From a virus (taxonomy: Duplodnaviria; Caudoviricetes), in IMG/VR virus record IMGVR_UViG_3300033066_000592, positions 1 to 64,000 of that record: a stretch of DNA of 64,000 nucleotides. One strand, 5' to 3'. A program made the translations under genes and the position numbers. Within the stretch, counting starts at the first letter, position 1, and every line of letters begins with the position of its first letter. Shown piece after piece: positions 51,915-60,875 of this stretch. The notes under the pieces were generated by a model. It was not told where the DNA came from. It saw only the letters and a program-made list of their open reading frames with translations, and searched no databases.

Positions 51915-54632
51915 ATGAGCAGGCAGGTCATCTTCCACGGCGCAGTTCTGACGCGGCCAGGCGCGGCCACGTTCGTTGACGCCTCGGCTTTTGCCGATTT
52001 CTTTCTGGCGGGCCTAGGCATCGTCGCAATCATCGGTCTGGCCGATGGTGGTGAGCCGGGCGTCGTCAAAACGTTCCGCACGCCAAAGGCTGTGCAGGAC
52101 TACTACCGCCAGGGCGACATCCCTGAGTGTGCGGCGATCGTCTCGGACCCGAGCAACGACAACCGTATTCAGCAAGGGGCGTCACTGCTCGTCTGCGTCA
52201 AGACGAACAACAGCACCAAGTCGACGCTGACGAAGGGCCCGTTTACCTTCTCGTCGCTCGACTGGGGAGCGCATACGAACAACATCCAGCTCGCGTTTTC
52301 GAATCCGAGTGGCGGTGATGATCGCGTGCTGAGCATCAACTCGCTCGATCCGCTTGGCGGCACCATTCAGGAGGTGAGTCCTCCGCTGGGCCTCACCGGC
52401 AAGATGACGCTTCAGTATCTGGGCCTGGCCGGCGACGCACTGCTCTCGATTACGGCGACGCAGCTCACGCTGACTACAGTGGCATCGAGCGGCAAGCTGT
52501 ATACGGGTGATGCTCCTTTCAACCTGGCGCCGAATGACACGGTCATCGTCTCGATCGACGGCGGCGTGGATCAGACGTTTACGTTTCTGGCCACCGCGGG
52601 TACGACCGACAGCGCGGTTCAGCCGTACACGCTCGCCAACGGCGAAACGCTGCTGGTGTCTGTGAACGGTGATTCGCCGCAGACGTTCACGTTCAACGCG
52701 ACGGCTGGCTACTACCAAGGCTCGGCAGGCACGTTCGCTGCACTCAATGGCACGACGTTGGCTGTGAAAGTCAACGGCGGTGCGGCTCAGACCACGACGT
52801 TCACGGCTGGTGCTGTGGACGCCGTGACGGCTGCCGCGGAGATTCTGGCCGCGACCACAGGCGTGGCTGTCGGTGTGTTCAACGGACAGATTCGCGTTAC
52901 GTCGCTGCGCGAAGGCACCAGCTCCAGCATCGAAATCACAGCGACAAACGTGGCGGCTGGCTTCCCTGCGCTAGGCTTGGGCGTGGCCGGCACAGGCGAT
53001 TTCTCGGACATCGCGAATGCGACGGCTGCCGAAGTGCAGACGAAGATCGCAGCGACGCTCGTGAACGCCACGGCAAGCGTCGCTGCCTTGAAGGTACGGC
53101 TGACGTCGTTGCGTCAGGGACTGTCATCCACGGTGCAAGTGACGGGCGGTACCGCGCGCATTCCGCTCGGCTTCGACAACGCCGTGCACGCGGGCACCGG
53201 TAACGTGCAGAACATCGACGCCGTGACGGCCAACGAGGTGAAGACTATCGTGGCGCCGGCTGGCGGCGTCAGCACTGTCGTGCCCAGCGCCACGGTATCC
53301 GGCGCATTTCGCGTGGAGCTGCGATCGGCTACGGCCGGTGCCAGTTCGTCGATCAAGATTCAGCCGTTGTCGACCGCTGACACCGCGTTGAGTCTCGACA
53401 ACGTCACGCACAGTGGCCTTGACGCCGTGCCTGGCGACAACATCACGGTGCTGTTCTCGGCCGTGCCTGACATGGCGAGTCTCGCGCACGTCATCAACGT
53501 CACGGGCAAGTACATGCTGACGCCGCTCGTGGGCAGCCCTGGGCTTTGGGACAACACATACTTCGATGCCATCACGAACGTCTCGACGATCGGCGGCGTT
53601 GAAGTTTTTGCGCGTAACTGGGATGTGCTCGACTGGGTCTCGCAGACCAGCCAGCTCGTGTCTGTGGACTTGACGAAAGGTCAGACGGGACCGGCTGCCA
53701 CGTGGGCTCTGACCGCAATGGCTGGCGGTACGCGCGGCATCGCAACGAACGCCAGTTACATGGCTGCGCTCGCCAAGCTCACGACGATCACCAAGAATCA
53801 AGTCGTCGTGATGGCCCCGACCGATGGCATTCCGCCTGACACGTACACGCGCGAAGCTGTGCTGGCCGGCTCTGTGTCGCACGTACGGCAACAGAGCGGT
53901 GTCGCTGGCAAGAACGAGTGCCAGCTGTGGTTCGGCTTTGCAGGCAGCAAGTCGGACCTCATCTCGACGGCCAACCTCTACAGCAGCGAGCACCTGTGCC
54001 TCTTGGGTCAAGAGGTGCGGCGTCAGCGCGTGCTCGATGGCAACGTCGTGTGGCACGCAGCCTGGTCCAGCGCTGCGATCTGTGCAGGCATGCGCGCTGG
54101 CGCTCCACCAGCTACGCCGCTCACGTGGAAGTATGTGAACGCACTCGGTGTGCGGCCCGTCGACAGTTCGTGGAGCGACGAGAACAGCTCGGACATCTCG
54201 GACTTCAACCTGAACGGTGTGATGTGCCTGACGCCCGTGCAGGCCGGCATTCGCATCGAGAAGGGCATCACGACCTACACACGCACGAACAACGCAGCCT
54301 TTGAGTCTGAGGTCATCGTGCAAGGCTGGAAGCGCATGGCGCGCGGCCTGCGCACGACGCTCGAAGACACGTTCATCGGTGAGAGCGCCAGCGCGCGGCG
54401 CATCTCGGCTGTGCCGAGCACCGTGACTGCCGTGATGCAGCAGTACAAGGAAGAGGGCGAGATCACGGACAGCGTCGAAAACGGCGTGCAGGTCAACGCC
54501 TTCCACGACATCAACGTGCGTGGCTCTGGCGACATCGTGGAAGTTGACGTCACGATTCACCAGCCTGATGGCATCAACTTCATCCTGGGCACGATCTTCA
54601 CGCGACCGGCATCGTTCGCGGCCACGGCGTAA
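51915..54632 (+). CDS. tail sheath protein with large beta-rich insertion
   Basis: N-terminal LTRPGA...IIGLADGGEPG; C-terminal IRIEKGITTY, F.G, INFI. Confidence 0.92.
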   Translation: MSRQVIFHGAVLTRPGAATFVDASAFADFFLAGLGIVAIIGLADGGEPGVVKTFRTPKAVQDYYRQGDIPECAAIVSDPSNDNRIQQGASLLVCVKTNNSTKSTLTKGPFTFSSLDWGAHTNNIQLAFSNPSGGDDRVLSINSLDPLGGTIQEVSPPLGLTGKMTLQYLGLAGDALLSITATQLTLTTVASSGKLYTGDAPFNLAPNDTVIVSIDGGVDQTFTFLATAGTTDSAVQPYTLANGETLLVSVNGDSPQTFTFNATAGYYQGSAGTFAALNGTTLAVKVNGGAAQTTTFTAGAVDAVTAAAEILAATTGVAVGVFNGQIRVTSLREGTSSSIEITATNVAAGFPALGLGVAGTGDFSDIANATAAEVQTKIAATLVNATASVAALKVRLTSLRQGLSSTVQVTGGTARIPLGFDNAVHAGTGNVQNIDAVTANEVKTIVAPAGGVSTVVPSATVSGAFRVELRSATAGASSSIKIQPLSTADTALSLDNVTHSGLDAVPGDNITVLFSAVPDMASLAHVINVTGKYMLTPLVGSPGLWDNTYFDAITNVSTIGGVEVFARNWDVLDWVSQTSQLVSVDLTKGQTGPAATWALTAMAGGTRGIATNASYMAALAKLTTITKNQVVVMAPTDGIPPDTYTREAVLAGSVSHVRQQSGVAGKNECQLWFGFAGSKSDLISTANLYSSEHLCLLGQEVRRQRVLDGNVVWHAAWSSAAICAGMRAGAPPATPLTWKYVNALGVRPVDSSWSDENSSDISDFNLNGVMCLTPVQAGIRIEKGITTYTRTNNAAFESEVIVQGWKRMARGLRTTLEDTFIGESASARRISAVPSTVTAVMQQYKEEGEITDSVENGVQVNAFHDINVRGSGDIVEVDVTIHQPDGINFILGTIFTRPASFAATA

Positions 54633-54659
54633 TCAACCCGCTCTGAGAGGAACAGCATC

Positions 54660-55130
54660 ATGGCGAACAGAAGCACACAAGTTATCTCAGGCGCGCGTCT
54701 TGGCTTTCTCTTCAACGGCAAGATCGTCGCCTACGCCAACGAAGTCAGCGGCGGTGAAGAGATCCGGCATGACGAAATCGACGTGCTCGATGACATCGTC
54801 GTCAAAGAGCACGTGCCTGTGGCATATCGCGTCAGCTTGAGCGCCGTCATTTGGCGCACGGTGGCTGACGGACCTGCAACGACGGAGGCGCCTGGCTCTC
54901 TGAAGGAGATGAACCTCTTTCCGAAAGTCGAGAACATTCTCCGCACGGTCGGTTTGCCAGCCATCCTGGTCGACAGCATCACAGGCAAGACGATTGCGAT
55001 GTTCGAGAACGTCAAGGCCAGCGGCAATCGCTGGAGCGTGCCCGCCAAGGGCACCGTTCGGCAGAACGTCGAGTTCGTCGCACGTCGTCAGCGCGACGAG
55101 TCCGAAGTGAAGCCGGTACGCACACCGTAG
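54660..55130 (+). CDS. tail tube protein
   Basis: Follows sheath; VISGAR...EH.PV.Y.VSL. Confidence 0.8.
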   Translation: MANRSTQVISGARLGFLFNGKIVAYANEVSGGEEIRHDEIDVLDDIVVKEHVPVAYRVSLSAVIWRTVADGPATTEAPGSLKEMNLFPKVENILRTVGLPAILVDSITGKTIAMFENVKASGNRWSVPAKGTVRQNVEFVARRQRDESEVKPVRTP

Positions 55131-55137
55131 CGTCAGG

Positions 55138-55146
55138 TGGTACCAT
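55138..55146 (+). promoter_or_regulatory. extended -10 element TGGTACCAT
   Basis: TGnTAnnnT in the gap before the chaperone gene. Confidence 0.4.
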
Positions 55147-55169
55147 CTGGTCACGAGGAGACAGACCAG

Positions 55170-55619
55170 ATGGACCCCAAAGACCAGCAGCCTGCCCAGC
55201 CTTCCGAGAATCCTCCCAGTATCCTTGACCTGAAGCTTGACGATCCCCGTCTACCGAAGACGGCGGAGCTGCCGTTCAAGCAAGCCTTCGTCGTCAACGT
55301 CGACATCGAAGAACCGGACACGACGCCTCCATACGAGCCGGTGGTGCGTAATTACAACGGCGTTTTCATCGTCAAGCGCATGACGATCGAGGAGCTGGCG
55401 CAGGTCGAGGTCCGGCGTACGGCCCTGACAGGCGGCATGATGCTGTCGCAGTCGATCGACATGGTGGCCGAACAGATCACGTACCTGGAAGGCTGCTTGG
55501 TGGTCTGGCCCGCCTGGTGGCGTCCGCGCACGATGCACTCAGCTAAGCTCATCAACATCGTGTGGCAGAAGGTGCGTGCTTTGCACGCCAACTTTCGAGT
55601 CCGAGTGCTGGGGGAGTGA
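55170..55619 (+). CDS. tail assembly chaperone
   Basis: GAGGAG RBS; lies between tube and tape measure. Confidence 0.7.
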   Translation: MDPKDQQPAQPSENPPSILDLKLDDPRLPKTAELPFKQAFVVNVDIEEPDTTPPYEPVVRNYNGVFIVKRMTIEELAQVEVRRTALTGGMMLSQSIDMVAEQITYLEGCLVVWPAWWRPRTMHSAKLINIVWQKVRALHANFRVRVLGE

Positions 55620-56028
55620 CAACCACGGCACACGTCTGCGTGAGGCTGCGTACGCGCGAAACAAGCTGAACCCGTTGGCACGCTGGTGGTGCGATAAGTA
55701 CCGGCTGCCACCTAACGATCCACGTCTGACGAGCCTCACGCCAGAGGAACTGGCTATCCAGTTCTACCAGGACTTGGTAGAGCAGGACGTGAGCAACGTG
55801 CTACCGCCAGACACAGATCACGGCAAGGTGCGCGTACGCAGCGCCGATCCGATCGCAGATAAGTGGGACAAGCAGCTTGTCGAAACGGGCGAAATCGACA
55901 TCACGCAGGATCTAGACGAAGAAGACGCCGCCGCTTTCGAAGCTTTTGCAGCACGTATGGCAGCCAAGCAAGCGCCTATGCAGATGCCCGCTCTGCCTGC
56001 TGACATGAACGACGACACGCCGATGTGA
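55576..56028 (+). CDS. tail assembly chaperone extension, likely reached by frameshift
   Basis: Overlaps the upstream ORF across CTGGGGGAGTGA; weak independent start. Confidence 0.6.
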   Translation: MLCTPTFESECWGSDNHGTRLREAAYARNKLNPLARWWCDKYRLPPNDPRLTSLTPEELAIQFYQDLVEQDVSNVLPPDTDHGKVRVRSADPIADKWDKQLVETGEIDITQDLDEEDAAAFEAFAARMAAKQAPMQMPALPADMNDDTPM

Positions 56029-58316
56029 GGACCATGGAACCGATCGAGCTACAGCTTGGTTTCGACCTAGAGAAGCTACGCGCTGACTCCAAGACGGCCG
56101 GCAAAGTGATCCAAGATGGCGTGGCCGGTGAAGCCGCAGCCTCTTCGAGCACGGCCAAGAGCACAGACCCGCTGCTGCGCATGTCTGCGAGTGCAGAGGC
56201 GTTGCGGCGTGAGCTGCTGGGTGTAGGCAAGCTTCTCGACGACAACGAAAAGCGCTACGGCAACACGCTCAAGCTGCTTGAACGGCAACGCGACGCTGCA
56301 AAAGAGCTGTTCGCCGCCACCAAGGGCGAATCCGGTGGTGTCGGCGGTGGTGGATCGGGCGGCACTGGTAGCGGTTCGGGCGGTGGAAAGCGCGAGAGCA
56401 GCATGCTGAGTCACGCACGAGGCATGCAACTCGTGCATGCCCTGCAGCAGGTCGAACAGATGGCGATGCACGGCTTCTCAGAGTCAAGCATCTTGCGTGG
56501 CGTGGGCAGCATGCTGTCTACGCTCGGACCTGCCGGAATGATCGGCGGCATGATCTTCAACACGGCTGCGGCGGGTCGTGAGCTGGAAGTCGGTGAAGGC
56601 CGAACGCGGCTTGAGATGTACAGGCGCGGCGGCAATGCAGCGCGTCAGACCTACCATGACCTGACGTCGGGTGCGATGGCTGGCTCAGAATTCACAGGCT
56701 GGCAGAAAGGTTCGCCGCAAGACCTGGGCCTGACGAATCCTGAGATGGCGCGCATTGTTCAAGGTCTCATGCGTGCACAGGGCAACCTGAGCAACACGTG
56801 GGACGTCACCAAGCTCCAAGCGGGGTATGGCGCTGGCGATGAAGCCACGAAGTTTCTAGGCGCGCTGTCGAGCCAAGGCCAGCAGGGCAGCCGACGAGAA
56901 ATCGCGCAGGTCATCGGCCTCTACTTAGCGCAAGGGCTAGATCGCGGCCACTTCGGACAGAGCTTCGATTTCATGACACGCGCCGTGGCGAGCGCCGTCA
57001 CGGGCGTCGTCAACGTGAGCGAGCTTGCACGCACCGCGCAGTTCATCGGTGCAGCAGGCGACCGTTTTAAAGGTGACACGGCATCCGGCCATACGATGCT
57101 ATCGGCCTTGGAAGGTATGGCTGGTGGTCGCACGGGCGCAGCCAGCAGGTATTTTGCGCTGCGTGCAGCGGGCCTGGGCTCTGGCGCGAATTACTGGCAA
57201 GCCAGTCTGGCTGTGTCGCGCGGTCTGAACATGGCCGGTGGCGTGACGACTCGACAGACGATCGGTGCGTACCTGCAAGAAGCACCGGACATCGAGTCAG
57301 CATGGCGTGCAGGAAACCGCGCCTACGCTGCGAACCGTTTGGCAATGCTCAGTGGTCAGACGCCAGCGATGGCTGAAGACATGCTGCAAGCGTACTTCGC
57401 TGGCGGCGGCTCTGAAGATGTGACTGCTGGCCGTGAGAGCAAGATCAACGCCGCCATCGATCAAGCGCGCGTACCGGAAGCTGATCGGACGCACGCAGAC
57501 GATGAGAATCGCAAGCAGTGGCTTCTCAACAGAGAGGCGTATTACAGAGACCGCTCGCGCGGTGCACGGCAGAGCCGTGGCAGCGACTATCTAGAAGGCG
57601 AGCACGATATCAAGTCGACGGAACAGTTCGAGTCGTTGTACGGACGCTCCAACTATGGTCAGCCCCGTTCCAACGTGATTGAAAACGGCGAGTACAAGCC
57701 GGGCCAGCGCACGCACGATGCACAGGATATGTACTTTCCGCCTGGCTCGCCCGTGTACCTGGCCGTGGCTGGCGTTGTCACAGGCATCGGCCAAGCGATG
57801 AAAGACAGCCGCTACGGCTGGTACGTCGAAGTGACAGACGAGCAGGGCCGTGTCTACAGGTACGTGCATCTGGCGGAGAAGCCACCTTGCGCTGTGGGCG
57901 ACAGCCTGGCCGCAGGTACGCCGCTTGGCCGCACGATGCCAAATGCCTTTCCAGGCGGTGACAAGAGCCACCTGCATATGAGCGTGCGCGACCGTGCCGG
58001 TCGTGCTTTGAGCCCATACAGCGCGATCGGCATCAAGGGCCTGAACACGCTCGTGAACGGCTTGAAGTACAAAGCTGGTGATGGCGAGTCTACAGCGCCT
58101 GTGGGTAACACAGAGAACGGTGTCTCTGTAGACGACATGCCTGGCGGCGTGCCGTCAGAAGACTACACAGGAGGACCAGTTAGCGCGCTCGGTCGTGGTC
58201 GCAGCAACGTGACGTTCGATGTGCATGTACACGATCATCGTGTCAGCGTGACACAGCGTGCCTCTCGCGAAAGCAGTGGCAACGGTGTGGCGCTTGCACG
58301 ACAGGGGCTTGGCTGA
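56025..58316 (+). CDS. tape measure protein with C-terminal M23 peptidase
   Basis: Ala/Gly-rich helical body; HDAQD...YGWYV...YVHL...HLH M23 motifs. Confidence 0.85.
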   Translation: MRTMEPIELQLGFDLEKLRADSKTAGKVIQDGVAGEAAASSSTAKSTDPLLRMSASAEALRRELLGVGKLLDDNEKRYGNTLKLLERQRDAAKELFAATKGESGGVGGGGSGGTGSGSGGGKRESSMLSHARGMQLVHALQQVEQMAMHGFSESSILRGVGSMLSTLGPAGMIGGMIFNTAAAGRELEVGEGRTRLEMYRRGGNAARQTYHDLTSGAMAGSEFTGWQKGSPQDLGLTNPEMARIVQGLMRAQGNLSNTWDVTKLQAGYGAGDEATKFLGALSSQGQQGSRREIAQVIGLYLAQGLDRGHFGQSFDFMTRAVASAVTGVVNVSELARTAQFIGAAGDRFKGDTASGHTMLSALEGMAGGRTGAASRYFALRAAGLGSGANYWQASLAVSRGLNMAGGVTTRQTIGAYLQEAPDIESAWRAGNRAYAANRLAMLSGQTPAMAEDMLQAYFAGGGSEDVTAGRESKINAAIDQARVPEADRTHADDENRKQWLLNREAYYRDRSRGARQSRGSDYLEGEHDIKSTEQFESLYGRSNYGQPRSNVIENGEYKPGQRTHDAQDMYFPPGSPVYLAVAGVVTGIGQAMKDSRYGWYVEVTDEQGRVYRYVHLAEKPPCAVGDSLAAGTPLGRTMPNAFPGGDKSHLHMSVRDRAGRALSPYSAIGIKGLNTLVNGLKYKAGDGESTAPVGNTENGVSVDDMPGGVPSEDYTGGPVSALGRGRSNVTFDVHVHDHRVSVTQRASRESSGNGVALARQGLG

Positions 58317-60004
58317 TGTCCGTCACGCGCTCTCGCGAAACGTGTCATGTCTACTGGATCTCGCGATCCGACTCCCGGCTATCGTCAGACGCGCTGCTCA
58401 CGGCTGTCGGCGATTTGCGCTACCTCGTCACGCGCACAGGCGGCAGCGCCAGCGGCTTTTTGACGGACGAAGCTGGCGTAAGCGATGTCGTGTCGTCGAG
58501 CTGGACAAAGGACACGCGCACGCCAGCTGGCGTGTGGTCCATGAGTTTGGTTCCGAATAAGGACTACGCGAACCTCATTCGTGCTGGCGATCTACTCATT
58601 CCGATCTGCGGATACCGATACGCTGACGACGCGAAGCGCACGCTCATCACAGTGCTTGTCGTCGACAGCGTGCATGAAGACAGCACGCTTACAGGCACAG
58701 GTGCGATTGAGCCTATCGTGCAAGTGACAGCGCGCGATCTTGGCAAGGTTCCGCAAGAGACGTCGCTGGTGCTTGATCCTGCGTTTGCCGCCAGTGCTGT
58801 GACGGCCGACAACTTCTTCAACGCACAGCTGTTCGGTCGGCTCAAAGGCATCTACGGCGGAAGTCCTGTGCAGATCGTGATGACAATCTTCGACATCCTG
58901 TACAACTCCGCCGTGACGGGTAGTGGCCTTGTTCAAGAGCAGTGGCGCCTGTCGAGCAGTGCGAAAGCGGGCGTGTCGCTCATGAATCTGCTCGACCTCA
59001 AGAGTCATGTGCAGGCACCGATGTTCGGCTACTGGGTTCCAAACACGCTGGGCCTGGCTGAGGCCGGCAATGCCTGGCAGCTCATGAAGTCAATGAGCAA
59101 TCCGATCGTCAACGAGTTCTTTGTCGACGTACGTGACTTGGTGAAGGGCTACGACAATCACTTGCGGCACACAGAAGACGTCGCCAGTGCTTATCTACCG
59201 GCTGGCGACGTTCGTGCACAGCGAACACAGCGTGACGCCGTCGCGAATAACTTCAATCCGCCACGATCGTCTTCCAAGGAGTTGGCCGAGTTGGCACGGC
59301 TCAGCCAGCATCGCGTGTCCCTGTCGCTCGTGTTTCGGCAGATGCCCTACGACACGGCGACGTTTGAAGCGCTACCTGAGCACGTCGTAACAGAGGCTGA
59401 GCTGTTGTCAGCTGCGAGTATGTCGCGTAGCGACAGCGAAGTTTACAACCTGTTCCGCGTGCGCACGCCATCGCTTCCGCAGATCGAGCAGGAACTCGTC
59501 TTCGGTCTGAAAGTGAACGAAGAGTCGATCCGGCGTTTCGGTATCAGGCGCTATGAGGGCGAGACGCTGTACCCGCTTGCAGATGAGGGCCTTTCCAACG
59601 CATACAAAGACGGCAAGCTGTCTACGCCTCCTGGCATCTCGCAGGTGGCCTTTGACTACTACGTGGGCCTCGTTTCGACGTGGTTCGCGTACAACCAAGA
59701 GCTGTACGCGATGCCGCTGCACATCCGATACCGACCTGATATCCGTGTCGGCAACACGTTGCGCTTCGTGCGCACCGTACGTATCAAGGGCAAGCCCGCT
59801 TTTGAGCAGACGCTGAAGTTCTACATCGAAGGCGTGAAGCATAACTTCCAAGCGCAGCCCGGTGGCTCTAGCACGACACTCACGCTCGTGCGTGGCGTCG
59901 TGCAAGATAGGAAACGGCCAGAGGCCAACCTGTACTTCACAGGCAAAGGGCCTTCGCTGAAACGAGATCCGTACAAGACGATCCGAAACGTGGTGGGCGC
60001 ATGA
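58316..60004 (+). CDS. baseplate hub-like protein
   Basis: Follows tape measure; SIRRFGIR; P.IRVG...FYIEGV.H.F. Confidence 0.65.
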   Translation: MSVTRSRETCHVYWISRSDSRLSSDALLTAVGDLRYLVTRTGGSASGFLTDEAGVSDVVSSSWTKDTRTPAGVWSMSLVPNKDYANLIRAGDLLIPICGYRYADDAKRTLITVLVVDSVHEDSTLTGTGAIEPIVQVTARDLGKVPQETSLVLDPAFAASAVTADNFFNAQLFGRLKGIYGGSPVQIVMTIFDILYNSAVTGSGLVQEQWRLSSSAKAGVSLMNLLDLKSHVQAPMFGYWVPNTLGLAEAGNAWQLMKSMSNPIVNEFFVDVRDLVKGYDNHLRHTEDVASAYLPAGDVRAQRTQRDAVANNFNPPRSSSKELAELARLSQHRVSLSLVFRQMPYDTATFEALPEHVVTEAELLSAASMSRSDSEVYNLFRVRTPSLPQIEQELVFGLKVNEESIRRFGIRRYEGETLYPLADEGLSNAYKDGKLSTPPGISQVAFDYYVGLVSTWFAYNQELYAMPLHIRYRPDIRVGNTLRFVRTVRIKGKPAFEQTLKFYIEGVKHNFQAQPGGSSTTLTLVRGVVQDRKRPEANLYFTGKGPSLKRDPYKTIRNVVGA

Positions 60005-60867
60005 CAAGAGACTACGACGGAAGGCCCAGACAGGCCGGCGCTGATTCGCACACGCTGCACGGCCGTTACAACAACTATTCCGTGGTCGGCATGCGCGAAG
60101 GCGTCGTCATTCGTGTGCTGTACGTTGACGATCAGGACAACCGCAACAAGGCTGCGGTCGAGTACGTCGTACGTGACATCGGCACACAGAAAGAATTTCG
60201 CTGCGTACAGCTTCTACCTACGTCTGGGCAGGATGACGGCGACGACACGGTCCTGCGTGCAGCTGGCGCTACGAACACGAAAGGCCAGCTCACGAGCTAC
60301 ACCGCAGCGAAGGATACTGACGGCGACCATGTTCACTTCATGTGCGTGGAAGGCAGCATCGACGTCGGTGTGATTCTAGGCGTGAAACGACATCGGCAAG
60401 CACGCTACGGCGCAAAGCGCGCTGACGGCCGGCGCCGTCTCGTCAGGAATGCTGGTACGAATGTCGAGCTACACGCTGACGGCGGTTTTACGATCACGCG
60501 CGACAAAGACACGACACGCCTGAACATCGACAAAAACGGCAACATCGCGCTAGAGCACAAGAAGGGCGCGAAGCTCATCATCGACGCAGACGGTCAAGTC
60601 ACACTCGACGCTGCCGCTGGTCAGAAAGTCATACTGCAAGACGGCACGCTCGGTGTAGCGCGACTCACCGACACGGTGGACGAGAGCGGCGCCTTGGTGG
60701 CGTGGGACAAAGCGCTCATCGCGTTTTACACGCAGGTGATCAAAAACGAAGGCATCCTTGCGTCGGCCTTCTCGACGCTCGGCATCACGCCGTCAACGCC
60801 GCCTGGACCCATACCACAGACTGTCGGTGTGATAAGTTCCGCCAGCAAGAAAATCACGGGTGGTTAG
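60001..60867 (+). CDS. baseplate spike protein (gpV/gp5 OB-fold type)
   Basis: N-terminal OB-like region; beta repeats; GVARLTD..; ISSAS.KI terminus. Confidence 0.7.
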   Translation: MTRDYDGRPRQAGADSHTLHGRYNNYSVVGMREGVVIRVLYVDDQDNRNKAAVEYVVRDIGTQKEFRCVQLLPTSGQDDGDDTVLRAAGATNTKGQLTSYTAAKDTDGDHVHFMCVEGSIDVGVILGVKRHRQARYGAKRADGRRRLVRNAGTNVELHADGGFTITRDKDTTRLNIDKNGNIALEHKKGAKLIIDADGQVTLDAAAGQKVILQDGTLGVARLTDTVDESGALVAWDKALIAFYTQVIKNEGILASAFSTLGITPSTPPGPIPQTVGVISSASKKITGG

Positions 60868-60875
60868 GCTTACCG

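Noticed and set aside
53124-54560. 478-aa minus-strand ORF and similar ones (30559-31665, 25303-26229, 41991-42935, 43490-44272)
   Set aside because: Antisense shadows of well-supported GC-rich genes, with no motifs or RBS.
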